A stretch of 63,803 nucleotides of DNA, filler included, from Octopus bimaculoides (taxonomy: Eukaryota), in NCBI RefSeq assembly GCF_001194135.2. It is 4 parts of 4 records of this genome, joined end to end, with 100 filler letters (N's around TTAATTAATTAA, not from the genome) between each part and the next. Parts side by side here need not be neighbours in the genome. Positions count along the whole stretch, not along the records: positions 29,836 to 54,796 come from NC_068995.1; positions 54,897 to 61,750 come from NC_068986.1; positions 61,851 to 63,803 come from NW_026367399.1; 1 more part is not named here. One strand, given 5' to 3'. Shown in pieces: positions 51,045-63,740 of this stretch; positions within the stretch are counted from its first letter, which is position 1; every line of letters starts with the position of its first letter. A program made the translations under genes and the position numbers. The notes beneath the pieces were generated by a model that had not been told where the DNA came from, made no database searches, and saw only the letters and a list, made by a program, of their open reading frames with translations.

Positions 51045-52193
51045 GTATTTTTATTATGGTTATACAATCAAACACAGAGGGAGATATTACAGGACATTAC
51101 AAACACACAAAAATGATATCTGAGTTCGGATGAGTATATTTACAAATGACATTAATTTATGTACAATTAACTGACTTTTTGACACCACCGTTTTTTTTTC
51201 CTTAAAGGCCCAGCGACTATCTATTTTTCTTTCATCGATGATTAAGCTGGGTTACACGCACCCAACTTTCTCAAAACATCTTTCCATCTTTGCTCATATA
51301 CCCTACGCGACAGGGTTTTCCTCTCCAGCCCCATCTTGCTCTTCATTCCTGTAGCAATGTCAGGTTAGGGATTTTTGGTAATTATCCAAATACCCCGGTC
51401 TAACAGTCCTACTAAACAGGTTGACGAGTTGGTTCTCGTCGAAACCCAGAGCCCCTCCTAAGACGTCGTCGTTTCTAAACTCCACCAGCCCTCTATAGAA
51501 CACCGATTTGGTATTCCCACTACAGGCTTTGATCGCCTTGTGGATAAGCGTGAGTGCCTGTCGGCACTCCTTTTGCCATTCAGTCAAGTTTCATCTTTTT
51601 ATGAAACGCGCTTAAATCTTACCATAGTGGTCAGTCGCGGACAGAATCCCTCCGGTAGCGGGCTCCATACCTTATTACCTTCCAGGTGGTGCCAGAGATG
51701 TCTCAGCCTCAACGCATATCTGCGCATCATTAACCAAGGCATCCCTAACCCACCCGTTAACGGTTTCCGACAGCAAACCGAGCGCCTCTCAAGTAGCTTT
51801 CCTCCGTTCCACAAAAAGTCATTTCTATTTCCTTGCCACCGACCGCGGCAGAGAAAATGTTTTTTTTCCGTAGACGAATCACTTTCTTTTAACATAGCAG
51901 GGAAGTCCTTCTGAGAATCCAAATTGAAATTCATATTTTCAGTATTTGCTATAATGGCAAAAAAAAAAAAAAAAACAACGCCCAGAACAGGACAAAAATT
52001 AATCTGTCACAGATGTTTTTCAAACAATGAAATATTTTTCAAACAGTATTCTCGCCCCTCAGGGCGAAAATTACAGTTAACAGGGCAACAACAGATCGAA
52101 TTCCACAATAACTCAATTCAACAATTTGTAAAATAACATAAAACAATCCAAAAACGAACTCAAATATGACGGCAATAAAAAACGCAGAGACAA
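51045..52193 (-). mobile_element. L1/Tx1-clade LINE 3' fragment with 3'UTR and AATAAA
   Basis: FLWNGGKLLERRSVCCRKPLTGGLGMPWLMMRRYALRLRHL; AATAAA near 51050 on the minus strand; flanked by a 17-bp direct repeat with one mismatch. Confidence 0.85.
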
Positions 52194-52289
52194 TCACTAG
52201 CTAGTGATGAAAACTCATTCCACTCGCAAAATACTATATGCTTTTTCCAGCGACAAAGTATCGCTGATCTCGAAAAAGAAGAAATAAAG

Positions 52290-52750
52290 TATATTAAGTC
52301 TCTGAGCGAGAGCTAAACAGTAACGGTACGGAATCACAAAATATATTTGCCAACTAAATGTGGCGGTCCCATAGAGGATGATGTTACTGTTGGTTTTAGC
52401 CCCTGGAAAACATTTCCACCAGCTGGCTAACGACACACTGTCTGTGTCCGCTTAGTATTTGCGAGGGGAGGTCGTCGCTCCCATCTCTAGTCTTATGTGA
52501 TACACACTGAAGACAGGTAACTACCCAGAAACCCAGGTCTGTGTGTATCATGTAAAACTAGAGACGGGAACGATGACCTCCCCTCACTCTAATCGGACAC
52601 AGTGTGTTATTAGCCAGCTACAGGAGATGTCTTCCAGGGGCTAAAAACAACAGAAACATCATCCTCTATGGGGCAGCCACATTTAGTTGGCAAATATATT
52701 TTACGATTTCGTACTGCTACTGTTTACCTCTCGCTTAGAGATTTAATATA
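52290..52750 (+). mobile_element. ~460-bp fold-back (rod-like) repeat with an apical hammerhead motif
   Basis: Left arm atattaagtctctgagcgagag...tgatacaca is the imperfect reverse complement of right arm tgtgtatca...ctctcgcttagagatttaatat. Confidence 0.9.
52498..52550 (+). ncRNA. Minimal type-I hammerhead ribozyme motif
   Basis: Stem I (gatacaca/tgtgt..), CTGAAGA 52507-52513, short stem II GGT-AACT-ACC, GAAA 52528-52531, C-CCAG-G stem III, and the GTC cleavage triplet at 52537-52539. Confidence 0.65.
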
Positions 52751-53099
52751 TTTTAAGCAACATCAACAACAAACACAATAACACAATAATACTTATATTT
52801 ATGATTATATTTATCAGTTAAATAATTATGATAGGCGTATGAACAATAGATTTTTCGCAGGTGTTTCGAGGAACCTTTATCATATAAAAAAATATATATA
52901 TTTCTATATATTTCTTCGGCAATAATAAAATCATATATTTCTTGCGAAGCGAATTGTTGATGTGATTTTATATACTGATAATAATTATGTTCGATATTGC
53001 TAATTAATTTCATGCAAACCGATCAATTATTATTATAGAATGTCTCCTTCTGAATATAGTTAAAGAGCTTCAGATACTTCATAGTCTTCATAAAGGGTA

Positions 53100-53450
53100 T
53101 TTCAAATGGTGTCACGAAAGTGAAGCCATATTTTCATAGTATGACCTGACATGGTCGATAATAGGAACATGAGGATGAAGTTGACTGTGTGAGAAAATGG
53201 TCTGATTAAAATGTTGCTTAATTCATGACAGCTATTAATGGTTGCAATAAAGATAGATTGAAGAGGTTATAATCAATGAAGCTCAACCTAATCATGTCGA
53301 CGAAAAGCAAATTCCTAATTCATTAATTAAATGCTTCTGGGACAGTCTTATAAATAATGTCACGTATACAAGTACCTGGACGTGATCAGTAGAGAGATAA
53401 TCAGGGAAATGTTACTAGAAGATACACAATATGTTAATTACTCTTAACGA
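53100..53450 (+). mobile_element. Possible highly decayed non-LTR RT fragment
   Basis: Only a VYKYLDV (YKYLG-like) motif and its context. Confidence 0.3.
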
Positions 53451-54106
53451 TTTTAATGTTGAATTGTTATGAGACTGAAATCTTCGAATATGTTTAAAAT
53501 TGTGAAAGAGGAGATACTTTGAAGTTCAGATTCGTCGAGTTAAAAATATTTTTAAAAGAAATATATAAAAATGTAATAAATTTATGTGAGACGAAGGCAG
53601 TTTTATATCTGTAGATATGTTTTATTCCTAACAAACAGAAGTACGTACAAATAATCATGTCCGCTAATGGAAAATATGTACCACAAATATATAGACATCA
53701 TGCTTGGTATGAAGTATGACAGCCATACAAGACTGATTAGCTCTGAAATGCCAGAATCGGTGGAGCGGTAGAGAAAATGTTTCACTGTTTGCAGTTGCAG
53801 TTCTATACATCAAATCTTTAATTCCCATGCTTCAGTAAATGAAGCTCCAAAAATACAAGGATTTATATAATGGAGTGCACTCGTCTATAAAAGCTAAAAA
53901 GCAATATATAAGTACTGAACATTGAATAAATTATTTCGAAAACAGCCATTTCGAACACAAATATATACACATACATGTAAGTATGTATGTATGTGTGTAT
54001 GTATGCAAGTATATATGTATGTATGTATGTATGTATATATAAATAAATATATATATATATATATATATATAGGAAGAGAGAGGGGGAACGAGCGAGATAG
54101 ATAGAG

Positions 54107-54140
<34 letters not shown>

Positions 54141-55616
54141 GCTATAAGTAAAAGACAGACTTACTCATTTCTGATCGCCAGCTGGTAAACCAAGCCTATG
54201 TTGCTTTTGAGATATGGCGTGAAAGTTTGACGGAAACGCTAATGACTAGAACCGAGCAGCTCTGAGCACTGAATATGGGAGTTTTTAGTTAGAATATGCG
54301 AGTGTATATAGGTATAAGGCATAAAGTAATTTGCAGTCAACCGCTGGAGTTGAAATAGAACAGAATATTCTTATTTTCCATATTGTGGAATGATAATAAT
54401 ATTGTTATCCAAAAGTAACACGTGGATTAGGACATGCTAAAGCATACTGGAATATCTTCACATAAATAGATGCATCAGCAGAACTCTCTATATACCCTGG
54501 GTGTTCGGGCTAAACTTGACAGTCTGTAGAAAAGGGGAAAAAAAGATATCTCGCCTAAAATAACGTATTAAAAGAAACAAATTAATGAGTAGATTATAGT
54601 TGAAAGATAAAAGTTTACTAAATGTGACCGTTCTCAGCTTCCACTCACGGCCGCAAGACGGGTCTGGAATTTGGCACTTGCATTCCTCACTGTGTCCATC
54701 GGAAGATCTTTTAACATATCTTTTATCTTGGTTATCCAACTTGGTCTTAGTGTTGCAGGTAGAGAGGTTGGTGCTTATATATATATATATATATATNNNN
54801 NNNNNNNNNNNNNNNNNNNNNNNNNNNNNNNNNNNNNNNNTTAATTAATTAANNNNNNNNNNNNNNNNNNNNNNNNNNNNNNNNNNNNNNNNNNNNTATA
54901 TATATATATATATATATGCATTGTCACTAAATGAAAGCAAAAGAAAATATATCGTTTTAACTTACATAGTAAGTTAAGATCCTATAAATTTCGAGAAAGG
55001 TTTTTTCAAATAGTAAAAAACATAGTTCAGAGTAATGTGTAGCTAATGGCAGACTACCTTTCTTCAGCTAAACTTAAGTCAATTCCTTCATGCATCACTT
55101 GAACAGAAAGATGGGGGGTACGCGATAAAAAATTAGAATAATGTTGAGGGTAGAGCGGGTAATGGGTCTACTCCGAGAGTAACTTTATATGTCAGAGATA
55201 GCGTTTTGGAACAGAGCGCGTTTCTTGTAGATAGAACAAACTAGCATTCATGTAGGTTTTTCTAATTGGTGTTAGGTGACTATCGACTGGAAAGTACGTA
55301 ATGAAGAAGCCAAAAGACGGCATATGGGGTTGAACAGCAACTACAAGAATAACAGCTAACCTTTCAAGTATTTTCTTCTCATCTGTCTTCATATTTTCTT
55401 TTTAGATATGGCATGGATACCTAAGTGAATCCTACAAATTGGTTACTGTACCTTTGCTGCCATCTAAACTAGTGAGTTTTGTCTATCATATTCATATATC
55501 ATTCATATAGTCTTTATGTTTACTTTCTACTCTCTCGATGCTAAATGTGTTGAAACAGTTGTCGTGATTAATAAATTCTCTTATATTCCATCTTCCGTCT
55601 TTCATTTGCCATATAT

Positions 55617-55676
<60 letters not shown>

Positions 55677-55771
55677 ACCCACCTACCCACCTACCTACCA
55701 ACATATCTATCTATCACACAAACATGGACACATATACATACATATTCATATATATGTGTGTATGTGTGTGC

Positions 55772-55804
<33 letters not shown>

Positions 55805-55998
55805 TTCATGCATACATACATACAAACATACATACATACGTACGTACGTACATACATACATACATACATGCATGCATGCATACATACATACATACATACA
55901 TACATACATACCGTCCAACCTATGCCAGCATGAACAACGGACATTAAATGATAATGATGATGATGATCATGAGGATGATGATCATGATGATCATGATA

Positions 55999-56056
<58 letters not shown>

Positions 56057-56459
56057 TGTATATGTATTCAAACTTTAGGGAATGGAGTAGGTAAAATCCA
56101 GACCACATATGTTTCATAGCTAGTGGAACCTCGGAAGTAGTCAATTATCCGTGAGCTACTCTTCAGACCAAGGATACCTTCATTCTATGAAGTTTACATT
56201 GTCATTAGGGGATCCCATGTAAACTCGGTGGGGGATTCGATCGAGTTCCATACATACTCTGGATTTACTAATCGGACAGGAACACAAGTATAATTATATG
56301 GTCTACACAGATCCTAATGCTTCTCATTGGTCGATCTAGTTTGCGAAATTTTGATTACAACAGAGGTGTTTAAAAATATTCCCTTTGTTTTTAAAATCTT
56401 CATTCCCTTGTGTTACACACATAAACACACACAATGCTTGTTTTTATATATAGTTATTT

Positions 56460-56840
56460 TATTCTTTTGCTTCAGTCGTTTGACTTCGGCCATGCTGGAG
56501 CACCGCCTTTAGTCGAGCAAATCGACCCCAGGACTTATTCTTTGTAAGCCTAGAACTTATTCTATCAGTCTCTCTTGCCAAACCGCTAATTGACGGGGAC
56601 GTAAACACACCAGCATCGGTTGTCAAGCGATGTTGAGGAGACAAATACAGATACACAAACATATACATACATATATATACGACGGGATTCTTTCAGTTTC
56701 CGTCTACCAAATCCACTCACAAGGCTTTGGTCGGCCCGAGGCTAGAGTAGAAGACACTTGCCCAAGTTGCCACGCAGTGGGACTGAACCCGGAACCACGT
56801 GGTTGGTAAACAAGCTACTTACCACACAGCCACTCCTGCG
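56460..56840 (-). mobile_element. Full-length family-B SINE
   Basis: Near-identical to 18200-18590. Confidence 0.85.
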
Positions 56841-56856
56841 CTTATAAGTGTGTGAC

Positions 56857-56974
56857 GCTTACAGCACCTAGGTTTCACAAGCGGTCACCCATCTAAGCAC
56901 TCACTAGGCTTGACGTTGCTTAACTTTGGTGATCGGACGAGAACCGACGCTCTCAACGTGATATGGCTGTAAGT
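56857..56974 (-). rRNA. Orphan 5S rRNA copy (variant or pseudogene)
   Basis: The reverse complement ACTTACAGCCATATCACGTTGAGAGCGTCGGTTCTCGTCCGATCACCAAAGTTAAGCAACGTC...GATGGGTGACCGCTTG...GTGCTGTAAGC is colinear with metazoan 5S. There is no oligo-T terminator. Confidence 0.9.
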
Positions 56975-59900
56975 TATATAGGAAAGCTGAAAAAACTACT
57001 AAACTTTAATCGAAGCACACTCAGTAGACTTAAGCAGAATACCATATATTTTACAAGAAAATGCTTCATATTTAATACGAAGTTCCACGCACTTACTGTT
57101 ATACATTCATACACACGAAAGTAGACAGGACACAAACGGCAGTAATAAACTTGCTATTTAATCATGTTTCTGCAACAATATAATTATCCGTATTCCGCTG
57201 AGGTCGACTTTGCCTTTTATCCTTTCGGGGTCGATAAATTAAGTACCAGTTGCGAACTGGAGTCGATTTAATCGACTTGCTCCCTCCCACAAAATTTCGG
57301 GCCTTGTGCCTAGAGTAGAAAAGAATATAATTATCAGTGTATTATCATATTCATATAATCTCTTTATTCCTGCCAGAATTGCTGTATAGCGCTTTCGTTA
57401 AAACTGTTCGAAAATAGACGCAGTCCACGTAAAAACATCGATACCAGGATCCCTTTCCTGAGAAGGTTTTACAGGTATCGTGAGAGAATATTCGGTGAAC
57501 AACTCTCCGTTATCTTGGCNNNNNNNNNNNNNNNNNNNNNNNNNNNNNNNNNNNNNNNNNNNNNNNNNNNNNNNNNNNNNNNNNNNNNNNNNNNNNNNNN
57601 NNNNNNNNNNNNNNNNNNNNNNNNNNNNNNNNNNNNNNNNNNNNNNNNNNNNNNNNNNNNNNNNNNNNNNNNNNNNNNNNNNNNNNNNNNNNNNNNNNNN
57701 NNNNNNNNNNNNNNNNNNNNNNNNNNNNNNNNNNNNNNNNNNNNNNNNNNNNNNNNNNNNNNNNNNNNNNNNNNNNNNNNNNNNNNNNNNNNNNNNNNNN
57801 NNNNNNNNNNNNNNNNNNNNNNNNNNNNNNNNNNNNNNNNNNNNNNNNNNNNNNNNNNNNNNNNNNNNNNNNNNNNNNNNNNNNNNNNNNNNNNNNNNNN
57901 NNNNNNNNNNNNNNNNNNNNNNNNNNNNNNNNNNNNNNNNNNNNNNNNNNNNNNNNNNNNNNNNNNNNNNNNNNNNNNNNNNNNNNNNNNNNNNNNNNNN
58001 NNNNNNNNNNNNNNNNNNNNNNNNNNNNNNNNNNNNNNNNNNNNNNNNNNNNNNNNNNNNNNNNNNNNNNNNNNNNNNNNNNNNNNNNNNNNNNNNNNNN
58101 NNNNNNNNNNNNNNNNNNNNNNNNNNNNNNNNNNNNNNNNNNNNNNNNNNNNNNNNNNNNNNNNNNNNNNNNNNNNNNNNNNNNNNNNNNNNNNNNNNNN
58201 NNNNNNNNNNNNNNNNNNNNNNNNNNNNNNNNNNNNNNNNNNNNNNNNNNNNNNNNNNNNNNNNNNNNNNNNNNNNNNNNNNNNNCGACAAGCTTCTTGC
58301 AGTTTCTATCTACCAAATCCACTCACAAGGCTTTGGTTGGACCGAGGCTATAGTAAAAGACACTTGCCTAATGTGCCACGCAGTGGGACTGAACCCGGAA
58401 CCATGTGGTTGGGAAATAAGCATGCGCCTATGCAAAAATAAAATGGTCCCGATGACGTGTCATCAGCATAAGTAGCAGCACGATCTCGACACCACTACCA
58501 TCAATACCTGTCATATCTCTGTCATCAACACCACCGTCATATTCATTGTCATCATCATTAATAACCACTTCTTTCCTTTCCTCGTTGTCATCATCATTAC
58601 CTGCACCACTAACATCATCATCATAATCATCGTCGTCAGCTGCAATATTAATGGCTTCATTATGTCCCACCACATTCAAAGCCTTTCTCTCCGTCATTCT
58701 GAGATGTTTACCATCAATGATTAACTGCATAGAAACACTAGCTGCTGCGCTTCGCCGGATGAGGAAGAAATGACAGCAAAATTTCCATAAGAAATTGTCA
58801 CTAATATCGGTGACAGCTTGGGTAATGTAACCGCTCAAGGTGATGCCCCAGTATGGCTACAGTCAAATGATTGAAACAAGTAAAAGATATATATATATAT
58901 ATATATAAAGTTTTCAATGAATATATTACTTTCCAGTAAAATTAAGCCCCATAAGGGTAGAAGTATACATATAAATACAGATAAGTGGTACAATAGCGTC
59001 GTATTTGTATCGATTGCTATTTTCCAGTAAATATTGGTGCCTTATTGTACCACTCATATGTGTATATATATAATACAGAATGGGACAAGAACACAAAACA
59101 TCCAGACAGTTAGGTGATACAAGAAAGGGACAAAACAGATTATCTTTGCAATTTCGGCTGGTTATTCTCGATATTGCTCCAATCTGACCAGCCCCAAGAA
59201 AAAACTAAGCTAAGAGCATTAGATTCCTTGGAAGAAAGCAGCGAATGTATACAAAAACAAGGACGGAAAAAAACGAACAATGTTACACAAATACAGTAGG
59301 AAAAAAAAACGGATATATGTCTTTCGACTAAGGACGAATAAAATTAAGCTGGCGTATATGCAAATAAGGCCTTACAGCCGAGATACAAGATTTCACAGGC
59401 ACAGGGAGAAACAACGATGTTGCACGCACAACGGTCGCCCAAAAAAGAAAGGTCAGGCTTGACCGAACACCGGTCACCTGGGAAGAGAAGAGAGAGAGGT
59501 AGAGGGACAAAATAATTAGTAGAGAGGGGCGAGAAAAAATGACAGGGACACAGTGAAGTGAAAAGTGGAGGGAGAAGAGAATACAAGGAAATGTGAGCGA
59601 GGGGGAACGAAAGAACGAACAGTGGAATGAACGAATAAGGGTGAAGGAGCTGATAGACAGAAATAGAGTCATACAAGATTTAGAAAAATGTGTACTTACA
59701 TATAAGAGACAGCGTGTACGTACGCCGCTATATATATATATATATATATAATACAGAATGGGACAAGAACACAAAACATCCAGACAGTTAGGTGACACAA
59801 GAAAGGGACAAAACATACAGATAGACGATACAAAGAAAACACGGACATGTCATTGTTTTTGTTATTTTCTTTTTCAGCCGAGAAGAAGGTAGTGTTCCGA

Positions 59901-60548
59901 TGATTGTCAGCGCATTAACGGCAGAAATTGAATCAAGGGGTATGAAAATCTGTATTCTCCATATTGTTAATATTTAAAATGATCTCCTTGTCTTATGACC
60001 TATATTTCAGCTGTTCCCGTCACGTGTATACACATAAGAACGACTTACGTGTTGTTTGCTTTTTGCATATCCCTCCAGTGTTGGCTCTCCACCGAAAATG
60101 TCCTGAGTGTTACCTTTAATATTGCACTAATCTGTAAATATTAACGGCATCGTGGAAATTTTGGGAGATGTATTCATGTATGTTGGTATGCAAAGCTGGT
60201 TCTTTCCCTCTAGAATTTTCTTGAGTTACCGTAGTCCTCAAGTGAAGTACTTGTGGTGGAATGACATCAAGAAGTATCGCTTGAGTAATTCACTCCCAAC
60301 ACCGAAGCTGTTATTTTCGTATTTTGAGCACATGATTGATATGTGGTTTCGCCATTGTCATTCAGCATAGGATTAAGTGATATAGACGCATGAAAGCTTT
60401 CTGGACTGAATGTAAGCGTCTTCATGTGTCTTTTCTTATGAGATAGAGCTTAAGGATATCTGTTTCTGTGGAAGAGTCCAGTTGAAATATATTTCTTAGT
60501 AGATGCGTACATATTTTGATTACAAATCTTTTCTGCATAAATATCATG

Positions 60549-60607
<59 letters not shown>

Positions 60608-60884
60608 TACATACATGTATATATTGCTGTCGTTCGACGCTGGGGCTACAGCTATGCGATTATACGATCAATTGAATTACCTGCTAACTCAATTAACGTC
60701 GTGCAGGAGGCTGAGTGTTCCACAGGCACATATCTCCTTCATGTAATTCTAGGCAACATTTGCTTGACTGGGTGTTCGACAAGTTTGTACCCTTGAATTA
60801 CAAGGATAGCCCATCTGTCTGCCCAATTTCACTCACAAAGTACAGGTCAACCAATTCATGCACACACAGATACACACACACAAA

Positions 60885-60935
<51 letters not shown>

Positions 60936-61654
60936 CCACACACACATACTTACACGTGCGCATATAAGCACACATGAACGTCGGAAGAGAAGACACTGCC
61001 CCAGTGATTGCCCCACAGTTTGAGCATGCAACTATACAGTCAAGTATTCGTCCATTCTTTTAATATGTACAACAAAATCCTAAAAGCTATCGTTACAGTT
61101 TCTGTTACATTCGTATCTTAATAGTGCCCGGTCCAAAATATGTCTATGTACAAAAAGGAAAACCGCGTCACCTGAACCAGTTAATATCCATATGCGATAT
61201 ATGTAAGTAAACATTGTGTTGTGGGTTTTTGTATATGCAAAGATGAGTGAATAAATATATCAAGAGGTATTTGAATGTTAGCATCTACTATTGTTTTATT
61301 ATCAGAAAATGATATCAGTATATACAATTTTGTCAAGAGCATATATTATTTTCTACACAAGGCCCGAAATTTTGTGGGAGGGGCCAGTCGATTAGATCGA
61401 GCCCAGTACACAACTGGTACATAATTTATCGACCCCAGAAGGATGAAAGGCAAAATCGACCTCGGTAGAATTTGAACGTAAAGACAGACGAAATAACGCT
61501 AAGCGTTTCGCCCGGCGTGTTAACGTTTCTGCCAGCTCGCCGCCTTGTGAAGAGCATATTAAGAGCATACGCGTATTAATTATATGAAATTTGTTTGTGT
61601 ATATATATCGATGTGTGTGTGTGTGTGTGTGTTCATGTATTTATCAATCAATCA

Positions 61655-61706
<52 letters not shown>

Positions 61707-61992
61707 ATATATATACACACACATATATTGTTGTATTTCGGGATGGTCATNNNNNNNNNNNNNNNNNNNNNNNNNNNNNNNNNNNNNNNNNNNNTTAATT
61801 AATTAANNNNNNNNNNNNNNNNNNNNNNNNNNNNNNNNNNNNNNNNNNNNGCGTGTGTATGTGTGTGTGAGTCTTTGTGTCTGTTTTTGTCAGAAGCAGC
61901 AGAGTGTAACTGAACCCGACACCAAGCGGATGAAAATCGAGCTCGCTAATCACATACTCATGTGTATGTCTAGAAATAAAATAAAAACGAAA

Positions 61993-62012
61993 TAGCACGA
62001 GTGGGATTCGAA
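61993..62012 (-). pseudogene. 3' fragment of a tRNA-Leu unit with its downstream flank
   Basis: tagcacgagtgggattcgaa plus a ~60-nt flank homologous to 63605-63666. Confidence 0.65.
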
Positions 62013-62322
62013 GGAAGCCCGTCCTGTATATATATTTATATGCGTGTCTTTGTGTCTGTGTTTGTCTCCCCACCATCGCTGACACACACACACACACACA
62101 CACAACGACCTTCTCTCAGTTTCCACCTATCAAAGGCACAAATTATTGAGACTGAGCCTGGGATTCTGTGGCCAGAAACAGAAATATGTAAATGACATGT
62201 TAATCAGATTATGAAGTCTCTAATTATTAACCACGTCATTAGACATGAAAGAATCTAAAACAATTAGCTCTTGACTGGATTTCATAAACAGATACATTAT
62301 TTCTGGGACAGTGAACGTCAGC

Positions 62323-62405
62323 AGCACGATGGCCGAGGAGTTAAGGCGTTGGACTCAAGTTCCAATGGACAAGTGCCCGCATGGGTTCGAACCCCACTCG
62401 TGCTA
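62323..62405 (+). tRNA. tRNA-Leu(UAA)-family body carrying a CAA anticodon; possibly a pseudogene
   Basis: 83 nt; acceptor stem AGCACGA/TCGTGCT; anticodon stem TTGGA/TCCAA with loop CT-CAA-GT; long variable arm; T-run terminator downstream. Mismatches in the D loop, variable arm and T stem. Confidence 0.8.
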
Positions 62406-62618
62406 ATGTCTTTTTTTATATTTTACTTTCAGGCACTGGGATTGCTATGTGGTGAAGAAGCTTGATTTGCAACCACGTTGTTTCGTGTTCACTCCCACTG
62501 CGCGGCATCTTATGCAAGTATCTTCTATTATAGTCCTCGGCCAGTCCAAATATTAGGGGATAGAGCGTTTGTAGTTGTTCCTACGTGGAAATACACCCCC
62601 TCATTTGTTATGCATATG

Positions 62619-62652
<34 letters not shown>

Positions 62653-62804
62653 CGTGTGTGTGGGTGTGGGTGTGGGTGTATGTGTGTGTGTGCGTGCGTG
62701 TGTGTGTCTGTGTGTATGTGTATATATGTATGCATGTATGTATATACGTATGTATGTATGTATGTATGTATGTAACTATGTATGTATGGGAAAAGTGTGG
62801 AGTG

Positions 62805-63143
62805 GAGTGAAAGCATGTAAGAGGAGAGGATAACACACGTAAGACTCAAAACGGACGCAAGGAAGAATGCATCGCGACGGTGAATGACAATGACCTTTTT
62901 GCGTGCACAGTCTGTGACAGGCCATGCCTGGCTTTGGCTGAGCTCAAAGCTCATCTGCAAACCCATGGAAAACGAGCCTCCACCAACTATTCTGTCTCTA
63001 TGTCCGTGTAGACCTTTGAATGCAGTGTCTGCCAGAAGTTTTGCAAATCCAACGGAAGCATCAAAAGACATCTTAAGATCCACAAAGATCAGAATTTATC
63101 TGCAGCTCTTGGTGGTCCACGTCGGATGTGCAGTCTGAGTGGA
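62805..63143 (+). mobile_element. RTE-like LINE C-terminus bearing two C2H2 zinc fingers
   Basis: EERITHVRLK...RK motif, then FACTVCDRPCLALAELKAHLQTH and FECSVCQKFCKSNGSIKRHLKIH, separated by an in-frame TAG (63009-63011). Confidence 0.65.
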
Positions 63144-63666
63144 NNNNNNNNNNNNNNNNNNNNNNNNNNNNNNNNNNNNNNNNNNNNNNNNNNNNNNNNN
63201 NNNNNNNNNNNNNNNNNNNNNNNNNNNNNNNNNNNNNNNNNNNNNNNNNNNNNGAGTGGATGTCTTTTCAGAACATTGTCTGGTTAAAAAACCCATATCA
63301 GATGCCGTGATGGTGCTAAGGCGTAGGTACGGGATGTGGTCAAACGTTGCCTAAGGAGTAGACAACTACCACCATATCTATGTATGGATGAGGATATATA
63401 TATTCTAGTATTAAGACCTGTAATGGCCATTGTCGACGAAAACAAATGAAACATGATGTAGAGTTAAACTAAGGATTAATAAAAGCATTGAAGAGTTTCA
63501 GTAGAACAGATCCCCCTCACTATCACTTTCGTAGATCCATGACTACAGTACAAGATCCATGCACAAGAAGCAGCGAAGTGCAGCAGAACACGATACCACG
63601 TGGTTGAAAATCGAGCTCCCTAAGCACATAGTCTTGTTTATATCTAAAAGTAAAATAAAAAGGAAA

Positions 63667-63740
63667 TAGCACGAGTGGAGTTCGAACCCACTTGTCCATT
63701 GGAACGTAAGTCCAACGCCTTAACCACTCGCCATCGTGCT
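63667..63740 (-). pseudogene. tRNA-Leu(UAA)-derived copy with TAC anticodon and shortened variable arm
   Basis: 74 nt; same acceptor and anticodon stems; loop CT-TAC-GT; 8-nt deletion in the variable arm and a 1-nt deletion in the D stem. Confidence 0.75.

Noticed and set aside
58428-58838. 136-aa Asp-rich minus-strand ORF
   Set aside because: Largely a decayed (ATC)n tract; no recognisable domain.
59900-60500. Possible R4/Dong-like LINE C-terminal remnant
   Set aside because: Motifs are too degraded to support a call by eye.
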